Assembly: GCA_965204375.1 (NCBI GenBank)
Contig: OZ241986.1
Span: forward strand, 2,176,001 to 2,240,000
Direction: 5' to 3'
Origin: Candidatus Latescibacterota bacterium
GTDB taxonomy: Bacteria > Latescibacterota > UBA2968
Length of the DNA: 64,000 bases
The translations under genes and the position numbers were made by a program. This document shows positions 39,107 to 51,162 of the stretch, in pieces. The notes below the pieces were generated by a model. The model did not search any database. It was not told the origin of the DNA and saw only the letters and a list, made by a program, of their open reading frames with translations. Position 1 is the stretch's first letter, and every line of letters begins with the position of its first letter.

Positions 39107-41554
39107 CTATTCCAATCGAAACGTGACCGGCTGAGTCATCCATACAGCGATGGGTTTGCCATCGTGTTCTGCGGGCTCGAACCGATATTGCGATATCGCA
39201 TCTATCGCCGCCTGATGAAACACCTCCGGGCCTTTCAAAACACGCACATCGCCCACCGAACCATCCACATTGACCATAAACTTCAAAAACACTATGACCC
39301 TTGGTGGATACACAGGCTTAACAGATTGCAAAAGTTTGGGTTTTACTTCAGCCATAAAAAATTCGAGGGTTTCACTACTATCAGCATCGACAGACGCAGG
39401 AGGCGTGGTCGGTTGCTTTGGCAATCGAAACGTGACCGGCTGAGTCATCCATACAGCGACGGGTTTGCCATTGTGTTCCGCGGGCTTGAACCGATATTGC
39501 GATATCGCGTCTATTGCTGCCTTTTGAAATACCTCCGACCCTGTGGTTCTCAAAACCTTCACATCGCTCACCGAGCCATCCACATTAACTATAAACTTCA
39601 AAAACACTTTGCCTTCCAAACTATCTCTGAGAGCCTCCTCCGGATGCACCAGTTTAACAGAGTGTAGGACCTTGGGCTTTACCTCAACCATATAAAATTC
39701 GAGAACCTTACCACTGTCAGCATCGCCAGATGCAGGCGACGTGGTCGGTTGCTCCTTAGAATCTAATGAAAATTCAATTGGCATAATCATCCGCACGGGC
39801 ACAGCTTTGCCATTGTGCTTCGCAGGTCTGAACCGATATTGCAATGCCGCATCTATCACCGCCTGATGAAATACCTCGGGTCCTTCCAAAACGCGTACAT
39901 CACTTACCGAGCCATCCACATTAACCACAACCTGCAAAGTCACTTTACCTTCTATTTTTTTCTTCTTTGCCTCTTCGGGATAAACTGGTGTAACAATATC
40001 CATGGGATGAGGTTCTACTTCAACCTCGCCATATTCGAGGACGTCAACTCGCCTCCCGGAGCGAAGTACATATTTGTCAATTTTCTGTACAACTTCCTGT
40101 ACATCGACCTTATCTACAATTTCTTTTACGTCGAACTTGTCATTTAACAATTGAAACGTGATCGGCTGGGTCATCCATACAGGCACAACTTTGCCATTGT
40201 GCTCCGCGGGCTTGAACCGAAATTGCAATATCGCGCCTATCGCCGCGTGATGAAATAGCATTGATACCTTTCGTCTCAGCAAAAAGCTCATATCGCTCCC
40301 AGAACTATCTGCATAGACTGCTGTTCTCAAAACCTTCACATCCCCCACCGAGCCATCTGCATTGACCATAAATTTCAAAAAGACTTTGCCTTGCAACTTC
40401 TCCTTTCTCGCCATTTCGGGATACACTGGCGAAACGCCGTGTATAGGGATAGGCTCTGTGTCAACTTGGTCAGATTGCATAACTTCACTACTATCTGCAT
40501 CAACAGACACAGGCGGCGTGGTCTGTTGCTCTGGTGTGGGTTCGGGCTTTTTCTCATTCTCGACCAATTCCATAACCTCAAGGTCGCCTTCATCCTGCGT
40601 GTACGCCTCTCGAATAGAAAAAGGCACAATCGCCAGACCAATAAGAATGGGAATTGCCAACTGCCATCTGGACCGTTTCACATAGTCTTCCTTGAAATTG
40701 AGTACATATTCCAATCGTTTCTTGAGCGCGGTTCCACGCTCATTGAAATACAGAGCGCTCAGAGCAGGGCGTCTGTCAACAAAACCGAACAACAGCCGTC
40801 CGTATTCAGCAGGCGTCAGATTCGTCTCGCGCAACACCACCTCATCACAGCGCAACTCGCGCAAAAATGTCAGCCTTCGGTTCAGCAACCAGACCAGCGG
40901 ATTGATGCAAAACAGCGCCATTGCAATCCCCTGAAAAATCAGCACCCAGATATCGCGATTATCCCGATGCGCCAACTCGTGCGCAACAACGCCGCGCAAC
41001 TCTTCGGGCGACCAGGACGACCAATGCGCTGGCAAATACAATCTCGGTTTTACAATACCCACCAAAAGCGGAGAGCGCAGACTGGCTTTCGCATAAACTT
41101 TTATATCCTGCGCACCGGCCAGCGATCCCATCTCCCTCTCAAGATCAACAGGCACTGCCGAACAGAGCGCGCGGTGAAACGCCGCATTCTTCCACAACGT
41201 CACACCCGCCCATACCAGAACCGAAATAGTCCACAAACAAAACAGATAAAACGCCAGAGGAAGAGGTGAGACTTGCACAGGCGCAACAACCTTATCTCCA
41301 AGAATTACATCGGTATAAACCGGTCCAAGCGGCACATCATCGGATACCGTCAAAAACTCTGGCAGCGGAATGGCGTAAAAAGGCGGCACAAACACCTTCG
41401 CCAACGCCAACAAATAGAGGACATACCGCAACCGCGTATCCAGCCTCATCCAGCGATCCACTGCCCATACCAGCAAAATGAACAGCGATACCTCGACAAA
41501 ATGCACCGCATAAAGCGGCCACCACGCCTCGGCCAAATAGATCAACAAATTCAT
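39107..41554 (-). CDS. BlaR1-like M56 metallopeptidase fused to four TonB C-terminal domains, copy 2
   Basis: HELAH; N-terminal ~320 aa nearly identical to copy 1; four TonB-C units. Confidence 0.9.
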   Translation of the reverse strand: MNLLIYLAEAWWPLYAVHFVEVSLFILLVWAVDRWMRLDTRLRYVLYLLALAKVFVPPFYAIPLPEFLTVSDDVPLGPVYTDVILGDKVVAPVQVSPLPLAFYLFCLWTISVLVWAGVTLWKNAAFHRALCSAVPVDLEREMGSLAGAQDIKVYAKASLRSPLLVGIVKPRLYLPAHWSSWSPEELRGVVAHELAHRDNRDIWVLIFQGIAMALFCINPLVWLLNRRLTFLRELRCDEVVLRETNLTPAEYGRLLFGFVDRRPALSALYFNERGTALKKRLEYVLNFKEDYVKRSRWQLAIPILIGLAIVPFSIREAYTQDEGDLEVMELVENEKKPEPTPEQQTTPPVSVDADSSEVMQSDQVDTEPIPIHGVSPVYPEMARKEKLQGKVFLKFMVNADGSVGDVKVLRTAVYADSSGSDMSFLLRRKVSMLFHHAAIGAILQFRFKPAEHNGKVVPVWMTQPITFQLLNDKFDVKEIVDKVDVQEVVQKIDKYVLRSGRRVDVLEYGEVEVEPHPMDIVTPVYPEEAKKKKIEGKVTLQVVVNVDGSVSDVRVLEGPEVFHQAVIDAALQYRFRPAKHNGKAVPVRMIMPIEFSLDSKEQPTTSPASGDADSGKVLEFYMVEVKPKVLHSVKLVHPEEALRDSLEGKVFLKFIVNVDGSVSDVKVLRTTGSEVFQKAAIDAISQYRFKPAEHNGKPVAVWMTQPVTFRLPKQPTTPPASVDADSSETLEFFMAEVKPKLLQSVKPVYPPRVIVFLKFMVNVDGSVGDVRVLKGPEVFHQAAIDAISQYRFEPAEHDGKPIAVWMTQPVTFRLE

Positions 41555-41940
41555 TACGCGCCTCCTTTCTCCCTCGCCTCAATCAGCGCGCGCAACTCAT
41601 CCAATTCTTTCCCAGAAAGCTCACCCGAATCCACGAGATACGTTGCCAGCGCTCCAAAAGACCCTTCGAACATGCGAGACACCAGCGTGCGCGTCTCGTC
41701 CTGCGCCGCATCTTCTCGAGACAGAGCCGATTTGTACACATTCACCGGACCGATCTTCTGCCGATTGAGCACACCTTTTTCAAACAGAATATTCATAATC
41801 GTCTGCACCGTCGTATAAGCCTTCTCGCCATTGGGATACAGGTAATCGACAACATCGCGCACCGTAACCTGGCGGTCGAGATGCCAAACGCCATCCATCA
41901 CTTCCCATTCAGCTTCAGATAGTCGTTTCTTCACAGCCAT
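41554..41940 (-). CDS. BlaI/MecI/CopY-family repressor, copy 2
   Basis: Differs from copy 1 at three residues (A/V, N/D, Q/G). Confidence 0.92.
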   Translation of the reverse strand: MAVKKRLSEAEWEVMDGVWHLDRQVTVRDVVDYLYPNGEKAYTTVQTIMNILFEKGVLNRQKIGPVNVYKSALSREDAAQDETRTLVSRMFEGSFGALATYLVDSGELSGKELDELRALIEAREKGGA

Positions 41941-41956
41941 AAGACCCTCCTTGAAA

Positions 41957-42004
41957 ATATTACTAATTTTTTAGTAATATGACGAACCAATTAGGAGAAG
42001 TCAA
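41957..42004 (-). promoter_or_regulatory. Promoter plus BlaI-type operator, copy 2
   Basis: ATATTACTAA-TTTT-TTAGTAATAT at 41957-41980; matches copy 1 at an offset of 6150 bp. Confidence 0.8.
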
Positions 42005-42026
42005 GCAAAAATCTCATTTTTTAAAC

Positions 42027-42064
42027 AAAAAAAAGAGCGGCAGGTTGCAAAAACCCACCGCTCT

Positions 42065-42065
<1 letters not shown>
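42027..42065 (-). terminator. Intrinsic terminator downstream of the mini-RNAP gene
   Basis: Minus strand AAGAGCGGTGGGTT...AACCTGCCGCTCTT followed by a U-tract. Confidence 0.75.
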
Positions 42066-45262
<3,197 letters not shown>

Positions 45263-45289
45263 TCATTAAAGGGGAGAATAAATACAATT

Positions 45290-47086
45290 CTAACTCTCCC
45301 GCATTTCAAAGAACCTCTCATCATACTGGGCTTTATACATTTCGGAAAATAGCCCACGTTGATCGATGAGTTGTGAGACCGTGCCTTCCTCTACAAGTTC
45401 ACCATTTTTACCAACCACCAGGATTCGATCAGCATCGAGTATTGTTGACAAGCGATGTGCGATAACCAGCGTGGTCTTCCCCTTTCTCAATTGCTCCAAT
45501 GCTGTTTTTACACTTGCCTCTGTAAGTGCATCCAAAGATGCTGTCCCCTCATCTATCAACAGCACATTTGGCCTTCGGACAAATGCACGCGCAATCGCGA
45601 TTCTTTGCCGCTCGCCGCCCGACAGAGATTGCCCATTTTCTCCAACAATTGTCTCGTATTGATCCGGGAATTCCAAAATATCACGATGTATTTGCGCCTG
45701 CCCTGAAGCCTTTGTCATTACATCATAAGTCGCACCATTGGGTTCCATTGGGTATAGAATATTTCTTCCAATAGTTGTATTCCAGAGAAACGGATCTTGC
45801 GGGATAAGACATAGATGGTCCCGCACGTACTCAGGAGGCAGCTTAGAAAGCTCAAGTTCACCAAGCAGGATCTTTCCTGAATCAGGTTCGTAGAATCGCA
45901 GAAGCAAATCAAAAATTGTGCTCTTTCCCCCCCCGCTGGGACCGACGATACCAATGAACTCCCCTTCCTTTATTTCAAAAGTCATGTTCCTGATTGCGAA
46001 TCCGCGATTGTATCCAAATGAGACGTTCTTAAAAGCAATATGCACCCTCCTATCGGCATCAAGTACCGCACCAGGTCGATCAGCAATTGTCTCCTCCCTT
46101 CTCATCTTCAGCACATCATTGAGCTTGTCAAAAGAAATCTTGACTCTATGTAGATCTACATAGACAGAGAAAGCACCTTTTAGAGCGGCATACGCTCTGG
46201 GGACGTACGCCATAAATGCAACCAATGTCCCTATCGACATACTGCCATTCATGATTCCGAATGCCCCAAAACCGAAAAGAATCCCGATAACGACGCTATT
46301 TATAACCTCATTGGGAAAGGCAACAACAATGTGATGAAAAGCAATCGTTTTGAGCTTCAGGGTCTTGTGCTGTCGCAGCCAATCTTGCCAGAAGCGTCTT
46401 TCTCGAGATTCGCCGGAAAGAGATCGCACTGTCTTTATGCCAGCAAATGTCTCCTGGAGAAATCTGTTTCCCCTCTCTACGTGATCTGAAAAAGGTCTAT
46501 CCAGGGCTTCGGACTTTCTGGTAAGCTTCCGGGTGATTGCAAATGTAACCGGAACTGCAACCATTGCGACAGCGGTCAGCCTGTAATCCATCCAGAGCAT
46601 CATTCCCAAAATCCCGAGCAGATTTATCCCGCTATGTGCGAGTGGCAAGACACGTTGAGAGATAAACATCTCACCTATTTTCGCTGACTCAATATTTATC
46701 CGATAACTGAGGTCAGCGGTCGGTATCCCTTGTATATCCTCAACTCTTGATCTGATAACGTGCTCAAAAGCAGACTTCCTTAATCCTCTTGACACCTGTT
46801 CCCCAATCCAGACACGGAGATACTCATGCCCATAAGTTATGGCCAAGCCCAAAAGTGGGATCAGTACGACCCCCAAAATGCAATAGACACTGAGTTGCAT
46901 ATCTCTATCTGGAATCGCTTGATCAATCAGGATCCTATAGATGACGGGAACAAACAGAGCGGGCACCACAGCGATTAGCATTGTTAAGAGAGTCAAAACT
47001 ACGCGCCACTTTTTTTCTAAGAGCTTCGCCAGAACAATCTTCCCTGTGTCTGTAGCTAAGTAATATGAGAGTCCTGTTGTTAGCAT
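45290..47086 (-). CDS. ABC exporter, fused permease/ATPase (MsbA-like type IV)
   Basis: Six-TM N-terminus, GPSGGGKST, LSGGERQRIAIARA, LIDEGT and IAHRLST. Confidence 0.92.
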   Translation of the reverse strand: MLTTGLSYYLATDTGKIVLAKLLEKKWRVVLTLLTMLIAVVPALFVPVIYRILIDQAIPDRDMQLSVYCILGVVLIPLLGLAITYGHEYLRVWIGEQVSRGLRKSAFEHVIRSRVEDIQGIPTADLSYRINIESAKIGEMFISQRVLPLAHSGINLLGILGMMLWMDYRLTAVAMVAVPVTFAITRKLTRKSEALDRPFSDHVERGNRFLQETFAGIKTVRSLSGESRERRFWQDWLRQHKTLKLKTIAFHHIVVAFPNEVINSVVIGILFGFGAFGIMNGSMSIGTLVAFMAYVPRAYAALKGAFSVYVDLHRVKISFDKLNDVLKMRREETIADRPGAVLDADRRVHIAFKNVSFGYNRGFAIRNMTFEIKEGEFIGIVGPSGGGKSTIFDLLLRFYEPDSGKILLGELELSKLPPEYVRDHLCLIPQDPFLWNTTIGRNILYPMEPNGATYDVMTKASGQAQIHRDILEFPDQYETIVGENGQSLSGGERQRIAIARAFVRRPNVLLIDEGTASLDALTEASVKTALEQLRKGKTTLVIAHRLSTILDADRILVVGKNGELVEEGTVSQLIDQRGLFSEMYKAQYDERFFEMRES

Positions 47087-47119
47087 AATCCCTCCGTAAA
47101 AGACAATACACTCGTCTGT

Positions 47120-47179
47120 AAACTGGTCTGAGGATGATATACAACGGGTCGTTTCTCAGACCCGTTCAACGACCAGTTT
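47120..47179. other. Nested inverted-repeat RNA structure between the ECF sigma and ABC genes
   Basis: Outer stem AAACTGGTC (47120-47128) / GACCAGTTT (47171-47179); inner stem AACGGGTC (47143-47150) / GACCCGTT (47159-47166). Confidence 0.6.
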
Positions 47180-47772
47180 TACCCTCTCCCATACCTCCGA
47201 CCCCATGCCTCTGCGAGTTGCTTGCGCGCGTGGAACAGCCGCGATTTTACTGTCCCCTCTGGAATCGCCAGCCGTTCGGCAACCTCTCGAAGCGCCACTT
47301 CATCTTCGTACACCATCTGAAACACCTCGCGCTTTTCCTCTGGCAACGCATCGATTAACGCCTGCAAAATGCGCCGTTGTTCAGCGCGTTCCAACTGCAC
47401 ATCGGGTCCCAGTGCAGCCCGATCGATCATCCACCCCGGAACGGGTTGTTCTTCATCCTCCTCATCGTAAAGCGAAGGCATTTCCAGAGGCTGTTCGCGG
47501 CGGCGACTTTGGCTTCGCAATTGATTCAGCGACAGATTTCTCGCAATCCGAAACAGCCATCCCCGAAAAGACCCTTGCCCCGACCATTGATCGGCCCGAT
47601 TCCAAACTCTGAGAAAAACCTCCTGTGTCAAATCATCTGCTGCGACCGGATCGCGCGTCACCCAGCGCATACTCTCGGTCACCTGTGCCTGATAGCGCGC
47701 AAACAGAATCGCAAAAGCCTCTTGATCCCGCGCCACAATTCGCTGCATCAAAATCGCGTCCGATGGTGTCAA
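47179..47772 (-). CDS. ECF sigma-70 factor (regions 2 and 4 only)
   Basis: DQEAFAILFARY, ADDLTQEVFLRVW, FRGWLFRIARN and IPEGTVKSRLFHAR. TTG start at 47772 after AGGAGG. Confidence 0.93.
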   Translation of the reverse strand: MTPSDAILMQRIVARDQEAFAILFARYQAQVTESMRWVTRDPVAADDLTQEVFLRVWNRADQWSGQGSFRGWLFRIARNLSLNQLRSQSRRREQPLEMPSLYDEEDEEQPVPGWMIDRAALGPDVQLERAEQRRILQALIDALPEEKREVFQMVYEDEVALREVAERLAIPEGTVKSRLFHARKQLAEAWGRRYGRG

Positions 47773-47792
47773 AAAATATCCTCCTGTGGGAA

Positions 47793-47820
47793 TCGACACC
47801 GCCCAATGTCCGAAGGTTCA
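47793..47820 (-). promoter_or_regulatory. Putative ECF-type autoregulatory promoter TGAACC-N17-GTCGA
   Basis: AAC -35 core and GTC -10 core directly upstream of the sigma gene SD, just after a terminator. Confidence 0.55.
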
Positions 47821-47848
47821 AAAAAAAACGCAGCCCTTCAGGACTGCG
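47820..47848 (-). terminator. Intrinsic terminator separating the 47878-49747 gene pair from the sigma operon
   Basis: Minus strand CGCAGTCC-TGAA-GGGCTGCG followed by T9. Confidence 0.8.
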
Positions 47849-47877
47849 CTTCATTTACGGACCACACTGCTTGCCTT

Positions 47878-48825
47878 TCACCCATCATCCTCAGGCTGAT
47901 CTGGCAACAAAAAGACTCCCTTGAAAGGGCTGAAAGACACCTCCTCTAAAAAATCCACTTCATCCTCAAATTCTCGTCGAATCGCCACGCGGTCCTCTGC
48001 ATCTTCAACACTGGCCTCAAGCTGTCGATCCACCAGTTCAAACACCTTGGCGCGCACCTCCTCCTTCATCTGACCCTCTTCAAAGCACCTCTGGCGAAAT
48101 GCCTCAATCTGTACATCCGATGGCAAAAGCGATTCCATATCTAATGCCAGTGCAAGAATGAGATTTCGCAGCAACCCGTCATACGTGCGCGCTTCAACGG
48201 CTATTTCTACCTCGGTCAGCGCAGCTTTGGGGATCGACCGCAAAAACGCAAGTCGCCTGAACGCAACTTGATAAGCCGCATAATCGCGCTTTGGATCGAC
48301 CAACTGGGATTCATCTTCCTCGTCATCCTGGGGACGCATCCACGTCTCTGGCACCGCGGTTGCCCAGCGGGATATCGCGCGGTATTCAGACTGCAAAAAT
48401 TTCACTTCGGGACGCAGCAACATCGCCCGACACATCTGTGCCATTTCTTGCAATCGGAAAAATGCGATCTCATAACCGCGTTTTCGGCATGCTTCAAAAT
48501 CTCCTTGCGCGATAATTTCCACAGCCCGGTTCAAATCGCTTTCCGCACGCGCCTCCAAACCGATATCCATAGAAATCAGCGCCTGCCGCACCCCGTGTTC
48601 CAAATTCTCACGCCTGATTGCAATACCCGACCGGTAGCGCTTGCCATAGTGCAAACCCTGCAAGCGCAAAAAACCCAAAAGTGCGTCTCCAATATTGGAC
48701 GGCAGCTTTTCAAAGCGCGTCCCCAATTCAATGGTCTGCCCCACAAAGCTCTCGGAATCAATGCGAAACCGACTCAAATCCAGCGTAGCGAGTGGATTTT
48801 GCACAGAACGCTGTTCACTGTTCAT
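47878..48825 (-). CDS. Hypothetical helical protein (resembles the C-terminal half of DUF6178-type proteins)
   Basis: 315-aa ORF coupled to the upstream gene; MDIGLEARAESDLNRAVEII...RGY segment recalled by eye, not searched. Confidence 0.55.
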   Translation of the reverse strand: MNSEQRSVQNPLATLDLSRFRIDSESFVGQTIELGTRFEKLPSNIGDALLGFLRLQGLHYGKRYRSGIAIRRENLEHGVRQALISMDIGLEARAESDLNRAVEIIAQGDFEACRKRGYEIAFFRLQEMAQMCRAMLLRPEVKFLQSEYRAISRWATAVPETWMRPQDDEEDESQLVDPKRDYAAYQVAFRRLAFLRSIPKAALTEVEIAVEARTYDGLLRNLILALALDMESLLPSDVQIEAFRQRCFEEGQMKEEVRAKVFELVDRQLEASVEDAEDRVAIRREFEDEVDFLEEVSFSPFKGVFLLPDQPEDDG

Positions 48826-49747
48826 CGTTCCTCCTCTCCCAAGCCCCGCGAATGACGGACCGCATCAAATCGGCATCCGCATCGAAAAGTGCATCCAGAA
48901 CACCCCCAACAACGGGATCCTCTATTATCGTACTCGGCATTTCACCCACAGCAGCACCTTCGGAAAAGAGTTGGTGCCGGTAAACCGACGCGCCCGCAGC
49001 CCCCACGACCTCATTCATGCGCATATCCTTCACATAAGGAATCAGAGCTTCTTCGAGCAACCCGGGATCCACACTGTTCAGCAACTCGGCACACTTATTG
49101 GTGTCCCCCAGCATAGATAGTGCCCTGAGCCATTCAAACGATACTTTTGACCGGACCTCCGCACTGTCCATAGGTTCCAAAGTATCTTCCACAGTGCGTC
49201 GAAAAGTACCCGGCGTCATAGCGCGTATCAAATGCGCATTAAAACCCTCCCGCTCCGGGTCATAATCGATCAGCCCCGTCAACATCTCTGTAGGCAAATG
49301 CGCCACCACATCTGTTGAATAGCCCGGATTGCCATCTTCATCCATACCCGTTATCGACAGCATATTCTCTGGATCTTCATCCAGAACAACGAGCGCGGCC
49401 TGCGCTTCAACTGTCAAAGTCTGCACCAGTGCCCTGGCATCTTCTTTTTTTCCTTCGCGAAGCAGATCGCGTATCTGGCTGCTCCGCTCGGCCAATTCCA
49501 TAAACCCAGTTGACCATTTACCGACGACCAATCGGTCTTCACGAACCTCGATAGGCTTCACTTCGGGTTCTTCTACCTCGGTACTCATCAAATGAGATTT
49601 GAAACGAATCTTCCCCCTTTCTACTTTGTCCTTACACGTCACGCACAGGCGCGTATAGGGAACGGCCTTGAGGCGTTCTTCAGAAATAACCGCCTCGCAA
49701 ATGACACACCTCACCCCCGTCCCGCCATCGAGCGGCTGTTGTGCCAT
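48815..49747 (-). CDS. TraR/DksA C4-type zinc-finger protein with a large acidic helical C-terminal region
   Basis: CVICEAVISEERLKAVPYTRLCVTCK. Start at ATG 49747 after GGAGGG. Confidence 0.8.
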   Translation of the reverse strand: MAQQPLDGGTGVRCVICEAVISEERLKAVPYTRLCVTCKDKVERGKIRFKSHLMSTEVEEPEVKPIEVREDRLVVGKWSTGFMELAERSSQIRDLLREGKKEDARALVQTLTVEAQAALVVLDEDPENMLSITGMDEDGNPGYSTDVVAHLPTEMLTGLIDYDPEREGFNAHLIRAMTPGTFRRTVEDTLEPMDSAEVRSKVSFEWLRALSMLGDTNKCAELLNSVDPGLLEEALIPYVKDMRMNEVVGAAGASVYRHQLFSEGAAVGEMPSTIIEDPVVGGVLDALFDADADLMRSVIRGAWERRNDEQ

Positions 49748-49817
49748 ATTGCCCTCCATTGGAGTTTTGAGAACCCTCCGCACACATTGCGGAGACGACA
49801 GAATTACAGCGGAGATA

Positions 49818-49846
49818 AATTTAATCGAATAGATACCAAAAGTCAA
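49818..49846 (-). promoter_or_regulatory. Putative sigma70 promoter TTGACT-N17-TAAATT for the zinc-finger gene
   Basis: Reverse-strand match; the leader holds a perfect hairpin CTCCGCA-N5-TGCGGAG (49776-49794). Confidence 0.6.
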
Positions 49847-49880
49847 TCCTTAACTTACTATTTATCAAATATTTACAAAC

Positions 49881-49909
49881 TTGACAAACAAGGCAAATTT
49901 TGTTATATT
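49881..49909 (+). promoter_or_regulatory. Near-consensus sigma70 promoter TTGACA-N17-TATATT with extended -10 TG
   Basis: TTGACA at 49881-49886, TG at 49901-49902, TATATT at 49904-49909. Confidence 0.75.
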
Positions 49910-49914
49910 AATAC

Positions 49915-49961
49915 CGTCGCCGAAGAGATTGCATCCGATCCCTTCGGCGTTTTTTATTTTT
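49915..49961 (+). ncRNA. Candidate ~45-nt small RNA (single hairpin plus U-tract)
   Basis: Stem CGCCGAAG (49918-49925) / CTTCGGCG (49942-49949) followed by TTTTTTATTTTT, immediately after the promoter; no plus-strand gene follows. Confidence 0.45.
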
Positions 49962-49971
49962 CATTGCGCGA

Positions 49972-50018
49972 ACAATCAAAGGCCCGATTCAAAAATCCTG
50001 AACCGAGCCTTTGATTGT
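49972..50018. terminator. Long hairpin, probable terminator of the minus-strand SLATT unit
   Basis: ACAATCAAAGGC...GCCTTTGATTGT 12-bp perfect stem. Confidence 0.6.
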
Positions 50019-50074
50019 ATTGGGGCACTTGATGTAGATTGTAAATGAAAATGGTTAGAATTGTGCCTATCGTT

Positions 50075-50206
50075 TTAACCATTCTTATCTTTTTCAGGCG
50101 ATTCCTTTTGTGGTTTTGGCGGTAGCGGTTGTGGTCTTGGTGGTGGCGGTGGAGGTTTTCGTCCTGGTGGCCGGGCTGGCCTGGAATAGTTTTTAGGCTG
50201 TTGCAT
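50075..50206 (-). CDS. 43-aa Pro/Arg/Lys-rich small protein
   Basis: MQQPKNYSRPARPPGRKPPPPPPRPQPLPPKPQKESPEKDKNG; GGAG SD inside the SLATT 3' end; overlaps the SLATT stop; below the ORF-track cutoff. Confidence 0.5.
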   Translation of the reverse strand: MQQPKNYSRPARPPGRKPPPPPPRPQPLPPKPQKESPEKDKNG

Positions 50207-50714
50207 ATTTGTGCTCCATAACACTATCTGCATCGTCTCTACATCTCTCATTTAATTTTTTATCTTCTGGAATATCCGCATAACCTGCACCACTCGTCAC
50301 ATTTGTAATTCTCCGATCTAATTGTCTGCTTCTGTGTATAGCCTCTTCATTGGTTATTGTTGCATTGTCAATGTTGCGCCATAAATCGTGGCAATCATCT
50401 TCTAAGTCACCACACTGAAGACTAATCGCATGTAGGATTGCAGCTTTTCTACCATAATCAGAAACCATATCCCACACGATAATTACAGCAATGCCCCCCC
50501 CGGATATAAGCTGAGCTATTGGAGGAAGTGCATCTAAGAATGCGGCAATACCACTGGTTGCCGCGGCAAAAAGCAGAACGCGAACAATTTTGTAGTTACG
50601 CTTATAGCGGTCAGAAAGAGCCGCGTAATATCGCACGAGCCGCGCAACATCCAATAGACAATACCAGACATCGTTTCGCACTTGATCAGAAACCATGTCG
50701 TCACCTCCTATCAA
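50193..50714 (-). CDS. SLATT-like two-TM effector protein
   Basis: Helix-TM-TM-helix layout: RYYAALSDRY..., two hydrophobic segments, DYGRKAAILH. Start may be ATG 50696. Confidence 0.6.
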   Translation of the reverse strand: MIGGDDMVSDQVRNDVWYCLLDVARLVRYYAALSDRYKRNYKIVRVLLFAAATSGIAAFLDALPPIAQLISGGGIAVIIVWDMVSDYGRKAAILHAISLQCGDLEDDCHDLWRNIDNATITNEEAIHRSRQLDRRITNVTSGAGYADIPEDKKLNERCRDDADSVMEHKYATA

Positions 50715-50784
50715 AATCTATCACTGTCGATTTTTTGTAAGTTAAACGGATAAACATACCGTTGTCAAGTGTATCACCTATTTT

Positions 50785-51048
50785 TTATTCTGCATCTATA
50801 CCCAAAATCAGAACAGGTATATCTATATCTGAAACACCTCTGTTTTCTAAATCCCAGACAAACTGTTCAAAATACGATACACCTGTTGACATTTCATCGG
50901 CAAACTGTTTAATCGGCACGATCTCCACACCCATATCTATGATCCCTAAATTGCTAAATATCGTCATTTTAGCACATCCACTGTACACCATAAAAGCATA
51001 TTTGCCGAACTGAACTTCAATACCCAACTCCTCTTTAATGAAATCCAT
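50785..51048 (-). CDS. Hypothetical protein, possibly the 3' part of a frameshifted gene starting at 51119
   Basis: 87-aa AT-rich ORF; an upstream 21-aa ORF with SD AGGAG would join it through a single-base indel. Confidence 0.4.
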   Translation of the reverse strand: MDFIKEELGIEVQFGKYAFMVYSGCAKMTIFSNLGIIDMGVEIVPIKQFADEMSTGVSYFEQFVWDLENRGVSDIDIPVLILGIDAE

Positions 51049-51162
51049 CTCAATTATTTATTCCTCCATTCGATAGGCACAGGTCTGGCCTTATCTGTGG
51101 ATAATGCTAATTGTTCCATCACAGACTCCTAACGTATAATTTTTTTGATTAATTCCAGTTTC

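Noticed and set aside
33503-41940. Beta-lactam resistance locus (blaI/blaR1/blaZ)
   Set aside because: The sensors carry TonB-C rather than penicillin-binding domains, and no beta-lactamase is present
48815-49747. Canonical dksA
   Set aside because: Only the C4 zinc finger is present, at the N-terminus; the coiled coil with the DxxDxA tip is absent
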